Assembly: GCA_964016885.1 (NCBI GenBank)
Contig: OZ024740.1
Location: forward strand, 392,522,001-392,586,000
Direction of reading: 5' to 3'
From: Eledone cirrhosa
Taxonomy: Eukaryota
DNA length: 64,000 bases
Part shown: one piece after another, positions 9,401 through 23,900 of the stretch
Layout of the letters: the number at the start of each line of letters is the position of its first letter
How positions within the stretch are numbered: the stretch's first letter is position 1
Position numbers and translations under genes: made by a program
The notes under the pieces: model-generated
Told to the model about the DNA's origin: nothing
The model's database searches: none
What the model saw: only the letters and a program-made list of their open reading frames with translations

Positions 9401-12400
9401 AACTTTTATCCATTAATAGAAAGGGCTAATTAGCATTGAGGTAAACCAAACTGCATAGTGAAAAAGTAGAACTGGTAAAAAAGCTCTAAGATTTCAAATG
9501 TATTTGTCCTGGGGATGTGAGAATCCCAATGTCCATTGGAACAAGAACAGGCATACAAAGTTAACTTAATAGTTTGTGCTAACACAGTCAACCTCTAGTT
9601 TCCAAGGACTCTGGATTTTTTCTCAGATTACAAACAATGGAAATTAATGAAATATAGTGAACCATTGCTATTAATCAAGTGGTTTTAATTAAATAAATCA
9701 TTTTAAGTGAATAAATTTCAAAATTAGAGTAATTATAAAATCATTGATGTTGCAATAATTGTTTCTACTTTAGGCACAAGGCCAGCAATTACCCAGTGCA
9801 TTACTGGTACTTTATTTTATCGACCCCGTAAGGATGAAAGGCAAAGTCAACCTCGGCGGGATTTGAACTCAGATCGTAAAGGGACGTAACTATGCTGGAA
9901 AACATGGCGTCCGACCCTCTACCGATACTGCCAATTGCAATAATAGTTTTTAAACAGATGGCTAATACTATCAAGAGCCAATGTGATATTTTACATGATA
10001 GCTTTTCATTCCCTGATCTTGTTAGCTTTTCATTCCCTGATTGATAAAGTAAATGTCCTTAGCTGAGTCGCTTAACTTTTCTCTATACCATTCTAATGAT
10101 AGTTTTAGCCTAAGTAAAACACTTTTATTGTTATTATTGTAGTGTGGATCTGACATATCTATTGATCCAGAGGATGTTAATACACTTTTTAAGCACAAAC
10201 AGAATCCAAAATGGTTATATGAAGATGAAACAGATACAGGTAATATGGCTTTTTTTCTTCCATACTTGCTTATTATCTTGCCCTACCTCACACTAGACCA
10301 TACACCCACTTACTATAATCATATAATAGCATAACATTTCAAATAATATAAAACCATTTAAGGCAGTGGTGTACTGCTTTGCAGTATTCATTCTGGCACT
10401 CTGCACTCTGAATTCAAATCTTGCTGAAGTCATCATTACCATTTATGCTTTTGAGCTTGATAAAAAAGTACCAGTTCAGTGCTGGCTTCAATTCTTCATC
10501 TATATCTCTTTCTCATTTCCTCTTTCTATCACTCTCTCTCCTTCTATGGCCTAGTAGTTAAGGAGTTTGCCTGCTAATTTAATTTCCAGTTCAATATCCT
10601 TTTTTGTAAATTCATAAGACTCCGGACTAAGACCAGTGCTTGAAAGGTTTTGACAACTCCAGAGACGTTGATTTATTTGTATGGAAATTTGAAGATGTTT
10701 TACTATAATTAACACAAGTGATTTTTTGTTGATAGATAGAGTAATAAGGTTTTCTTGCTATGTTGCTTTTGTTCACTCCCAAGTTGGTTCTGAGTTAAAC
10801 AGACATATGATCAAAGGTTTTACAACTGTGACCATCCTGGTTTTATTCAGCCATAGTGCATTGATGACTACATTATACTATGCATCCTTGTTTTTTTCTT
10901 CTAATACCATAGAGTGTGATTTTAGAAAGATTTGACTGCTATTTCTAGCAGATCAAGTGACTATGTAGAGGCTCCTTATCAGTTCATTCTTGTTATATTT
11001 TTATGAGTTAGTGTGTAAGCACTCTACCTTGCAACTATTCTTCTTTATATTCATAAGAGCAGAACAAAAAGAAAAAGTAATTGATTTTATAAAAATGTAG
11101 AAAAGCTTCCCCATATTTTAAAATTTATTTTCATGTTTGTTCTTTTAAAGGAGCAAGTACTGATCTCTGTAAAAGTCATACATATGGGCCAGCTCACAGT
11201 ACTCCAACTGATTCAAAGAAACTTACTTCTAACTCTATAGGAACTACAGATGAAAGCCTGGAACTTGCGAAAGAACTAGAATTTCACCCCAAGGGTTCTG
11301 AAGAGGTAAATGGTTTTATTTAATTACTTTCTTTGCTCTGTCAATTTATATGACAAGCAGAATGCAAGTAGGTTTGCTGAAAATTGTGGTTTGTCATTAT
11401 AGATATTGACCAATGTGTCAGCAGAGCTAGCTAAATTTGAATTGACATGATGGTGGGGAAATGAATTATGAGTTAATGAGAATTCTGGAGGTTTCAGAAA
11501 AAATATCAATAAAATAAATATGGCATTAAATAATAAGTACTGGAGTTGATATGATTGATTAAATTCTTTCAAGATAGTGTCCCAGTATGGCCACAGTCTA
11601 ATGACTGAAACCAGTAAAAATGTAAAAGAATGAACTGAAAATAATCTGTATACAAACCATATGAAAGTGGAATAAGATATTAAAACATTAATGATGACAA
11701 TCTTTGTATAAAGATGAATAAGTATGAATCTGCTAGTAAAGGGAAAAAATAAAAGCAATTCCGTGCACATGGGTAGCATTAGTAAGTCTGATAATAACTT
11801 GGTTTATAGGGATATTTCTAGATTTTGTTTTCATATAGACAGGCAATTCTTCACCAAATCTAACTCATAGGCAGGGTCTATAAGAAGTGGGATTCAAATC
11901 ATACATCAGTATGGGGCCCAGAGACCCAAGGAAGAGTCTATAAATATCTGACCTCCTTCCAACCTCTCAGCCCCCAAATCTTGAAAGAAACTTCCTCCAT
12001 CCAGGCTTCCAACTTAGAAAATTTGTGTCAGCAGTCCTGTTCATGGGATGATTTTAACCTTGTTTTGGGAAATGAAGAAAATTCTCAGTTTCACAGTATT
12101 CCAATTACTTTCAATGCTTTCCTATTTACAGCAAGATGCATTGAGATGGTTTAAATTTAAGTGTTTTAAATGTAGACAAAGAACAAGATTTGTAATATAT
12201 GAACAATTAACTTTTAATGTCCATTGGCTAGCTGAGACCAAGAAGTTCTTGAAGAAGAACTTTATAAGTAATTCTAGAGTTATATTAATAAATTCATACT
12301 CTATGAGAGTTGAAAGGTAAAGTGACAGATTAGTATTTCAACTGAGCTAGATACAATACAATATCAAATGTGGAGTTCTATTGCTTTATTCCCTTTGAAT

Positions 12401-15400
12401 AAGATTAATAACATTTTTTTTACACGAGCAAAAATCTAAATTTATCATCATCATCATCATCATTTTACGTCCGCTTTTCCCTGCTTGCAAGGGTTGGACG
12501 GGTCCTATTCAGCACAGAATCTCTCCACTTGTCACGGTCCTTCGTCATCTCCTTGGTGAGTTTCAGCGATCTGAGGTCTGCTCTCACCACCTCTGCCCAT
12601 GTTTTTCGTGGTTTACCTCTACTGCATCTTCCCTCCACTGGGACTTCCTGACACTTCTTCACCCAGCGGTCATCCTCCATTTGCATCACATGTCCATACC
12701 ATCCCAGCCTTCTCTCCTGCACACCACAACTTTTCCATCTTATACCCAGTTTCTTTCTCAATTCGTCTGCTTGGTTGTTCACGCACATTGACATTGCACA
12801 TCCAACGGAGCATACTTGCTTCATTTCTCTCCATCCGTTGTATATCTTCTGCAGTTGCTGCTCATGTCTCACTATCATGTAGCATCGCGCATCTCACACA
12901 GGCATCATATAACCGTCCTTTCATATGCAGAGAGAAACCCTTCTTTGTCAACAGAGGAAGCAGCTCCCTAAACTTCTTCCAAACTGTCCTTATTCTAGAT
13001 ACTATGGCCTCGGAACCCCCCCCCCCCCTCCCATGCTAATCTGATCACCTAGGTACTGGAAGCTATCAACCACTTCTTTGGAAAAATGAGTCTATCACAG
13101 CGATTACTACTGCCAACTTTCCCTGTACATCTACTGCATACATAGTTTTCCCTACCTGTTAGTTTGCCTGCTATCCCACTACATCTCTTGTGTACCCAAG
13201 ATCTGCATTGCGTACATTTTATGGAATTTATGCCAGTTCCTTTCCTACATATCGAACATGGCCATTTCCCTGATGGAATCAGAGTATTGTCCTCTCTTCT
13301 ACTTATCAACACTTTTGTTTTAGCTATGTTCACTCTCAGGCCTCTTGATTCCAACTGCTGTTTCCATAGCCAGAATTTATTCTCTAGCTCCTCTACTGAT
13401 TCTGCTATAAAAACCAGATCATCAGCATAGAGAAGTTCCCATGGGCATCTAGTCTTAAACTCCTCTGTTATGGCTTGGAGGACTATAATGAACAAGAGTG
13501 GGCTAGGACCGAACCTTGATGTACACCTAGTTGTATCTGGAATTTCTCACTAAAATTAGAGTTGCAGTACAATAATGCTTTTCCTGAAAACATTTGTATT
13601 ATGAGTGAAATCGTTTAAAACCCAGGAATGGTGATTGAGCAATTGAGATTGAAATGAAAAAGAAATGATGTTTATCATCCCTGTTTTAATTAGACTACTC
13701 TACAGGCACTGACCTACATACAACAATATGTATGCACTTCCTAATTCTCCCATCAACAATGCAGAAGTATGCATGAGAGCGTATGTGGTCTACAAGGTCA
13801 TATGTAAAAAAATGTAGCTCATACATCAGAACTACTATCCAGATGCTGCACACACGGATCAGGGAGCACATGATGACAAGTGCTTCTTCTGTTAAAAAAC
13901 ATTGTGACAGATGCAACAGCCAAGACATTGAGATCATGATAAAGGCGATGGAAAGGAATATTGGTAATTTAAGAATCGAAGAGGCCATTATCATCAATAA
14001 GAAAAAACACAGTTGAATAATAGATTGGAGATGCATCAAGCAGATTGGTTACTATAACAATTTCATGCATGCGTATTGCAGACAAATAAACCAGTTAAGA
14101 AAGAACACATCGGTCGTTTGTTTTTGTTTTGAACCGTTTCCATTTCACATTTGAAAAGAAGGTAATAGCTCTGAAATATCATGTTGAAATATATTGGGTG
14201 AAACATTACTTTGTTTTTTATTTGTCATTCTTTGCTCTTTATATATTTCTACTGCATTGTATTAGCTTTTTGAAACTTATCAGTCATTCATTTCCTACAT
14301 GGGTTTGCTTTAATTTATCTAGATCAGGAATATTTCAGAGGGTATGGAAAACCTTAAGAACTCCATTGATGAAAATAGAAATAAAAATGGTATGTATGTT
14401 TTGTTATGTTTTAAGAACAAAGGGCCTCTGATGGCAGAAACAGTAAAGTGTCAGATTAAATTCTTTGTAGTTCTGTCCATTTTTGTTCTGAGTCCAATAT
14501 CTTTTTCAATTGGTCATCTTACCTCTAATATTTTTTCTTTAATAGACAAAATATGGCGATATATGTGCAGTTAATTATGTTGCTCTTTTCTAATATAGAT
14601 GTTCTACTTTTTGTAAATGTGAATATTTTTATATATGAATGATCAGTGCTAATGTCTTTATAACTCTGTTCTTTTTGTAACACTGACCATTCATTTTTTT
14701 TTTGTGCATGCTGGATGCAGTTAGTTCTATACTAATTCCTGTTTTACGTCCATTCTTCCACACTCGCATAGGTTAGAACAGGTTGGCATGTTGTGGGCAA
14801 TGCCAGGTCGGGTGACCTTGTCTTGCTCATACGGGAACTGATTTTGGCTTGATTTCTACAGCTGGATACCCTTCCAACCTCATTTACAGGGAGTGCTGGG
14901 TGCTTTTTTTGTCGTGCCACCTCCACGACCACTTTGCAGTGGGAGGGGATGGGGGCATATTGTCTATATGATTCAGCTTCGGCTTGTTCCCGTGGGAAGC
15001 TGGGTCTTCTGTATTACTGTATGACGCGTAATTTTTAATTTCTAAGATGCTTCTTTCATCATCTTCATCACCTAGGATGGCTGTTATAAGTAGCCAGATC
15101 TCTATTTCAGGTGACACATGTATCACACTCACCTTTACCAGACTCTTTCCTGTGTAGGAAGTGATAATGACACATTTCTCACTTTTCAGAGGCGAGGCTA
15201 TTGAGATTTGATAGTTATAGAGTCAAAGAAGCAATCAAAGAGGTGAAGAATGGTAAAGCTGTGGGACTGTCAGAAATAGTAACATACATAGTTAATTAGG
15301 TAATACAGGATGGCATATTACCCAGTGACTGGCGCAGCAATACAATCATGAATTGCTACAAGAGTAATTAATGGTGATGCTCTAGAAAGGAGCAACTACA

Positions 15401-18400
15401 GAGGAATAAAACTAATGGATCAAGTGATGGAAGGAGTTATAGCTCAGCTAATTAGGGAAAGAATCAAATTAGATGAGATGCAGTTCAGTTTCATATCTGG
15501 GAAAAGTACTACATATGGACGAAAAGTACTTCTTGGTGAGACAACTACAAGAGAAGTTTCTTGCAAAGAATAAGCTGCTATGTTTAATTTTTGTTGATCT
15601 AGAAAAGGCTATTGACAGAGTACCTCAATCTATTATCTGGTAGTCCTAAGACAATTAATTGTAGAAGAATGGCTTGTGAGAGCAGTGCAAGCTATGTACA
15701 GAGGAGCTGCTAGTAAAGTGAGAGTAGGAAGTGAGTTTAGTGAGGAATTCAAGGTACATGTAGGAGTTCATCTGGGTTCTTAGCCCATTACTGTTCATCA
15801 TATTCTCCAGGCCATAACAGAGGAGTTTAAAACTGGCTGTCCATGGGAACTTCTCTATACAGATGATCTGGTCCTTATAGCTGAACTCATAAAAGAACTA
15901 GAGAATAAGTTCTTACTATGGCAATTGAATTTGGAATCAAAAGGGCTGAGAGTAAACTTAGCCAAAAAGAAAATGGGACCCTGATTCTTTCAGGGAAGTG
16001 GTCCTGCTTAATATGTAGAAAATGAGTAGGCATATACTCTATATCAGGGGTCAGCAACTTCTTTGCTTCCACGGGCTGAATTGAGTATTAATGATGGATA
16101 GCGGGCCGGACGAAGGCCATAAAAGAATAATTATGGAAAATTACACAAGTTAAAATTTAATCATGAGTGTCTACAATACTATTCATTTCTCAAATCCTGG
16201 ATTATATTCACAAATACCTCTGAATCCTGTGGTTTCCTTCCTTGAAATAATGGAAAATGCACATAATTTTTATTTGAAGTTGATGTTCCCACAATTGTAG
16301 CTTTTTTTCAAAGGCAACAATATGGTTATACATTTCATTTACAAGCTGAGTTTACTTTGAAGTTGTAAATTAAAGTTATTTAAATGAGTCACAATAAATG
16401 CCAAAGTTGTAACAGCAGGCCTTGTTGCCGACCCCTTCTCTATATGATGACACAATGTAAAAAGTGGGATAACAAGTAGACTAGCAAGAAGGGAAGACTT
16501 TGTATGTAAAAGATGCACATAGATAATGGAGGAGAAGAGTGTTAGTGATATAAACTTTTTCCAATCACATGAAGGATCCACAGATGTGGTTGATAGCTTC
16601 TGCTATCTAGGTAACCTAATTAGTAATGGAAGAGGGTGCTCTGAGAGCATAATAGCTAGAATAAGGGTAGGATGAAAGAAGTTTGGAGAGCTACTCCCAC
16701 TTGACAACAAAAGGTTTCTCTATATTGAATGGCACCTGTGTGCAAAGTGCAATGATGCATGGTAGTAAAACATGGGCAGTGACTGCAGAGGAGATGCACA
16801 GACTGGGGCGAAATGAAGTAATCATGCTTCATTGGATGTGCTATATAAATGTGAGAAAAAGGCAGAGCTTGAATGAACTGAGATAGAACTGGACTTAAGA
16901 GGAATCTGAAGTGATGGGCAAGAGAAAACTGCATTGGTACAGATACATGATGCGCATGGATGATAATTGCTGGATGAAGAATTACCACAAAATCCCTGTG
17001 GGATGAAGCTGCAGTAGAGGTGGACCAAGAAAAACCTGAGCAGAGGTGGTGAGAGCTGATCTCAAATCGCTGAGATTCATAGAAGAGATGACAAAGGAAT
17101 GTAGCAAGTGGAGAGATGAACGTGAACATGATGATGATAGAATGCTTCTTGCTTTGTTCTTAATGGTGATTCTCAGTGCTGTTATGCTGAGTTTCTGGCA
17201 GTGCATTTTTCTACATTTTCTATAATCTGTGTTGTATGAACAATAAAGTACTTCTGCCTAATTTTCTTGCAAATGTTTCAACTATGCCTGAAGATCTAGC
17301 AAATGTGCTGTATTTTGCTTATTGTTGTGGTAGTCATGTTGGTGGTTGTGGTGTTGTTTCTTGTTGAAATATGGTTTGCTGTCATGAAAGTGGCCGTTGT
17401 TGTGGTGCCACTAGTTTCATTGTTACACATTTCAGCCTCAATATTGTACTTGTTGGTGTTGTTGAAATATTCATTTTTCGTCTGTAATTTCTGGTGTCAG
17501 GGAACACTACCCAATTTGCATTTCTAGCTCTCTGTCTTAGTTACCTGTTTACTCTTCCCCTATTTTTCTTTCTGTCATGATTCCCTCCTTCAAACATTAT
17601 GATATTTTGTTGTAGACCCATTTATTTTCATAAAGAAAATAGGTAACTAACACCCTAAAAAAGAATATGTCATATTGATCTTTAAGACTTGGTGCTTGTT
17701 TCTAATTAAACCGTGGCAACCATGGAGTTCCCATGGCCACCATAAAAAAAACCTGCCCTTCCTGAGTAAAGGAAGGTAGCAGGGCGATCTTCGCAATGGA
17801 CTTAGCTGACAGCTAGATTCGGTCTACACACGACAGCAACTGTTCGACGTAAACCCACAGGTCAGCAATGCCCGCTTAACTAATTCACTAATCTAGTCTC
17901 CGTAGGCTTTATGTGCCAGGAACAGGGTCCTTGCCTATGGAGCTTATCTAGATCTATCACACATATCACAAATTTGTGGTCTGTATATTTGACTATTTTA
18001 AATTGTGGACAACCCATGCTATCCTTGTCTACTTCCCTACAGAATACCTTATTTATCTGGGTGATCCAATGTGGTTATCCATGTCCGTATTGGTGCACTC
18101 GGGAAATCCAGTTGGTACCTATGAGGCAGTTGGAAGCATGTGAGCAGATTTGCGAGTCTTTTACAGCCTCCTTCCCTATCTGCTAGTCTGATACAGTCCC
18201 AGCATGCATTTAAGATACTGTTCCAGTCGCCCACTAACACTAAAGAGTGGGATATTCCTAGAAAAGTCTTCAGACGTCGGAAGAAATCAGTTCGTCCTAC
18301 CCCTTGTTTCTACTTTTGGCACAAGGCCAGCAATTTGAAGGGAAGGAAAAAGTGAAATCAACCCAGTATTACTGGTGCTTTATTTTCTCGAGCCCAGCAA

Positions 18401-20938
18401 GGATGAAATAATAATAATAGTAATAGTAATAAATCAAGGCATGACAGTGTTGGCCAATATCTGCACTGGTTAATATGTTGGCATTATAAAATCAAAATTG
18501 AGGCTGTAACTGAGGGAAAAAATATGATTCTTTGGGACTTTCCTGTACATACAGACAAAACCATCAAAGCTAATTAAACCAGATATAATTGTAAAAGACA
18601 AAAATAACAAAGTCTATTGATTGATTGATATGAGCATTCCATGTGATCACAATATTGCATCAAAGGAATTTGATAAGCACAGAAAATATAAAGATTTCCT
18701 CATTGAAATTGAAAAAGCATGGCATCTCAAGGTTTTTACAATATCAGTGATTATAGGAGCACTAGGAATGATAAAAAAAGGAACAGAAAATTATTTGAGA
18801 ATGATCCCTGGCTTACCATTTCTGCAAGAAGTGCAAAAAATTGTTTTAACTGATATGGTACACATATTGAGAAGAGCACTCATTGTGAGAATGATAAAAA
18901 TCTATATAGTTTTTTTTTGTAAATAATTGAGCACTCTTATATGATTGATTATCATTCTGTTGTAAATATGATTTTAAGCATAATCTGCACATGTATAAAG
19001 CAAATTGTAAAGTGCATGACTTGAACAATCTGGTGTGTTTATTTTTGTGGCCTATCAATGTGTGTAGTGAGTTTCTCTGCCCTGGGTATCGGGAAGACAC
19101 TCGGCAAGAAATGGAAACAAAACTGAAGGAAGAGGAAAAATACAAACAATAATAATGTTGATGATTTCTTTATTAACCGCAAGAGTTTACATAAAGATAG
19201 AGGCTGATACAGGACAATAGTGTGGCATAACATGAAGACACAAAAAAGAGAAATAACAAAAAAAAAAAAAGTAACAATAAAAGGAAAAAAAGAAAACTCC
19301 CCAATGGGGTGGGGGAGGGGGACTTCTGAGGATTACTCGTGAAAAAAGCCATAAAAGTTCTCTCTCCCAGTTGTGTTCCTCTAATCTACAGGTGCATACT
19401 TTGAGCAGGCCCATTTACTCGGGCCATGCTCGCTACTCTCATCCACCTTTCAACAAATTATGGAAGGCAGCACTTCCATTTCCACCCTCAGTTTCCTGTT
19501 GAATTGAAACTTGAAAAAGTCTTGTCCACCCTACAACCTCTTCTGCCATAGTCACTAAACAAATAGAAACTGGCTAGAGGCAATGGTAGTGCAATCTTTA
19601 CAATGGGCTCAGCAAATAGCCGGATCGGTCCAATATGTGACAGAGCTTGGGCATCAGACAAGTGTGTAGGATGGTTTGCCCTGTACACATCTCTTTAGCT
19701 GATATTATTCAAGTTAAGATGATATGAATATCTGCATTCTCAATATTTATGCACTGTAGGGAAAAAGATGCTACTACTTTAATCAGTTTTATCAATCAAT
19801 AAATAATTAGACTTATTGATTTGAATAGAGAGAAATGAGAAAGAAAAGTACTTGTGTTTTTAACAAAAAATATTGTTTTTTTTTTCAGTTTCTGTAACAC
19901 CTGGAATAATCATTGAAGTTCAAGCAAACAAGTAAGTGCTTGAATATGTATACACACATGCTGTACACACACACATCGGATCAGATCTGATCTGGCATCG
20001 GATCTGATGCCTGTATTATTAGTCAACACTATAATAGAAAAGGACAGGCGAATAACCACTGAATCAGTAGCCAAAACACTCAACATCTCTGTGTGTTCTG
20101 CAGAGTTTTGGGCTGAGCAAGTTTTCTGCTTGATGGGTCCAAAGCTGTTGCGCTCAGATCAGCAGCAAACAAGGGCAGATCTTTCGGTGGAAATTTTGAA
20201 GAAGTGGGATGAAGACCCTGAAGCTTTTCTGCAGAGAATTGTTACCGGGGATGAAATGTGGATCTACCAGTATGATCCCAAGGACAAAACTTGGGGAAGC
20301 TTCACCGGTGTGTTCTCTTCCACCTTAATAATGTGCCCACTCATTGCGCTCTGCAGACACGAACATATGCGAATTTCGATGGGAAATCATCTGACACCCA
20401 CCCTACAGTCCCGGTTTCGCCCTATGTGACTTATTTTTGTTTCCAAATCTGAAAAAATCATTGAAAAGTACCCATTTTCTATCAGTTGAAGATGTAAAAC
20501 AGCTGCTTTGTTATGGTTTAATTCGCATGACCCTCAGTTTTACAAAGATGTACTTAAAGGCTGGTATCAATGCTTGCAGAAGTGTATTGGCCTAGATGGA
20601 GCATATATTGAAAAATAAACATCGTAACTTAAACCGTTTTTTCCAACTGTCCTTTTACCACAAACTTTTTGAAGCACCTTCATATATATAAATATATAGA
20701 TACACACAAATATATGTATACACACATATGCAAATACATACACATACATATACAGAAGTTTGTACATATACACATATATGTGTATATATATATATATATA
20801 TATAGGAGGTGAGTTTTATTGTAGCACAATAAAGCAATGCAAATATTGGATAAGTAGCACTCTACAGTTTGTAGGACTGGAGTATAAATAATATAAGATC
20901 AAAAGATGGTTACTTTTAACCATCTTTTGATCTTATAT

Positions 20939-20979
<41 letters not shown>

Positions 20980-23900
20980 ATGGGATACTTCACAGTGTTG
21001 ATGGCAGAATACATATTGAAGATCTTGGTTGATTATCCTCTACTCTGTATTATTGACCATATGAGCTTAGCTATTGTATTTAGTACGTTTTAAATAATTA
21101 TTTCACTATAAGATGTGTTAATAACTTTTGTCTGAGTCAATGAAGGAATCTCTGTACAGTTGCTCAACCTGCTAACTGAATCTTACTAAATTCACACCCA
21201 ACAGAGTAATAGATATATTTAAAAAAAATGGATCAAGGCTTGGATGCCTTTAATTGTATATTTACATAAACAGAGCTGATTTAGGGCTGGACCAGAACAA
21301 CAATCAGCTTGTTTTTTGTGCAGGGATTTTCTAAGAGTTAAATATATGTATTTGATTTAGGTCATTTCTTATGAGGGCAAAATCAATTATTGCTTAACTT
21401 GTTTAGTAGTTTTGGGATCCTTAAGAAGTCATGTTAAGTAAGACTAGTATCTTTTTTCAGACATTTTATCTTACTATATTTGAGAGAAATACTAGTAATG
21501 GCTTACATGTGAAAATCATTTGTATGATAAGATACTATTATCTTTGTCAGGAAGGAAGGAAATGATGATCTTAACTCTGTGATTGCTAAAGACTCTCCAG
21601 TGAAAGGTATTATTTTCTTCTTCTTTCTCTGATTATTTATATTCTTTTCTTCTAGCTTTTACTTCCAGTTATCTTTTCTGGTTATCTCCTCTTTCAACCT
21701 TCATTTAATCCTTTTTTGTTCTTCTCTTTCATTATATATACATATAAGATCGGTAGAGGGTCGGACGTCATGCTTTCCAGCATAGTTACGTCCCTTTACG
21801 ATCTGAGTTCAAATCCCGCCGAGGTTGACTTTGCCTTTCATCCTTACGGGATCGATAAAATAAAAGTACCAGTAATGCACTGGGTAATTGCTGGCCTTGT
21901 GCCTAAAGTAGAAACAATTATATATACATATAAGATAAAGTAAATGAATTTGCATGCTGTCAATGATGAATATTGAGTTGTTTGATCACTTGAACTGCCT
22001 GCTCATTAAATTTTTCTGTAAGTGGCTGAGTATTCTACAGACACATAGTTTTAATGTATTTCCTAGAAGAATCAACTTGACAATGTGTGAAAAGGCTCGA
22101 CCTTTGGATTACATATCCACACATAACATATGAATATGTATACACTATTGGATGGCTATTAACTCTCTTGAATTCATCTACTCTTTGACATGCATATATG
22201 CTTGCAGAAATACACATGTGCACACAGCTAAAAAAACTACATATCAATAAGCCAATAAAGAAACTTACTATGTGGTCATTCAACCTGTTAGAAATAGTAT
22301 CTAAATCGCCCGAAATTATTTCCCTTCATTTGTTCACACCGCCCGATAACACCCACACTAAAACATTGTTCTAAAAATAAACAAACCATCATCAAAATCT
22401 CGTCAATTCGAGATTACTGCGAGATTAGGTCCTTACCGCGAAATTGGCCTCTGCCCGCTTTCCTGTCACCACAGTGCTGGCAGCATTCCACGCCATGCTG
22501 CCCTCAACGAGGTCATTAAGCATGGCTTGGATGCTGCAGGCTTCCCTTCCCAGCTCGAGCCGGTGGGGCTGGATCGAGGGGACGGTAAAAGGCCAGATGG
22601 CATGACCATCTTCCCGTTCCGTGGTGGCAAACCCCTCGTCTGGGATGCCACTTGCACCGACACTTTCTGCAGCCGCAACCTGGTGCAGTCTACGACTGAC
22701 CCAGGTTCTGCTGCATGTCGGGCTGAGGAGGCCAAACTCCTCAAATACCGGTCGCTCTCCAACAGGTTTGCGGTCGTACCCCTGGCAGTGGAGACTTCTG
22801 GGCTACTTCTTTACTCACCACCATAGGCGCTGAGCTGGCCAGCCGCAGGTGTGAACCCCACAAGTTGGGGTGGCTTTTCCAGCGCATCTCCCTTGCCGTC
22901 CTCCGGGAAACGCCTTCTCCATTCTGTCCACCGGGGCTGTGGGTGGGCCCCATCGCGTATCAGTCTAATAAATAAAGTATCAATCCGACATTGGTGTCGA
23001 TTCTCCACCCACCTTTTCTCTCTATCCACACACACACATCTTTCCTACTACAAAGAATAAATATAGTACTGACTGATTGACCTATATAGTGAAACAACTT
23101 AAAACAACAAGTCTTTTTTTAATGTTGAAAGTAGAACAGATTTTTTTGTGTATCAACATGGCTTATGAAAGTAGTGATACCGACTTTGAAGGTTTTACAC
23201 ACGATGACATTCAGAATGAACAAGAAACAAAAGATAATATTAGTGATTTATCTTCAAATGAATCAGATGTTTACATTTCTGAAATTTCATCCGACGATGA
23301 TTGTTGTTTTGAAAGTGAAAATGAAGGAGTTCTGCAGGCCGCCAATGAAAATATTATAGCAACGTGGTTGAAAAATACCACACCAATATATGTTCCTGAT
23401 TTTATTCAAAATACTGGTCCACAACACACATTAGCTCCCGATGCTAAAGAACTGGATTATTTCTTTTTGTTTTTACCACAAACTTTCTTTGAAGTTGTGG
23501 CAGAAGAGATTAATTGATATGCCCAACAACAGATTTCAAATCGAGGAAAACCCGATCTGTTTGGCGACCGACAGATGCAAGCATTTTTTACTGTAAATAT
23601 TATGTTTGGTATAAAACAATTTCCAAGACTGTGGAATTACTGGAGCACTGATATAAGGTTTAGTGATCCTTATATATCAAGTATTATGCTGAAAACAACG
23701 TATTTAAAATTAAATCAGTATTTGCACCTGGTTGATACTTCAAATGCCCCTATTAATTAATTTCACCTGCCCATAAAAGTCAAATTTAACCAAAAAAATC
23801 AGGTAAAATTATATAATTGTAAATTATTTGTTTCTACTTTAGGCACAAGGCCAGCAATTACTCAGTTCATTACTGGTACTAAATTATTGATATTTAAACA

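Noticed and set aside
17711-17740. RFX X-box-like motif GTTCCCATGGCCAC, attractive for a ciliary gene
   Set aside because: One mismatch, 11 kb into the gene and adjacent to a LINE remnant; chance occurrence is plausible.
20567-20837. Hydrophobic ORFs over (TA)/(CA) tracts (also 41751-42015, 43540-43728, 17303-17527)
   Set aside because: Translation artefacts of microsatellites and simple sequence.
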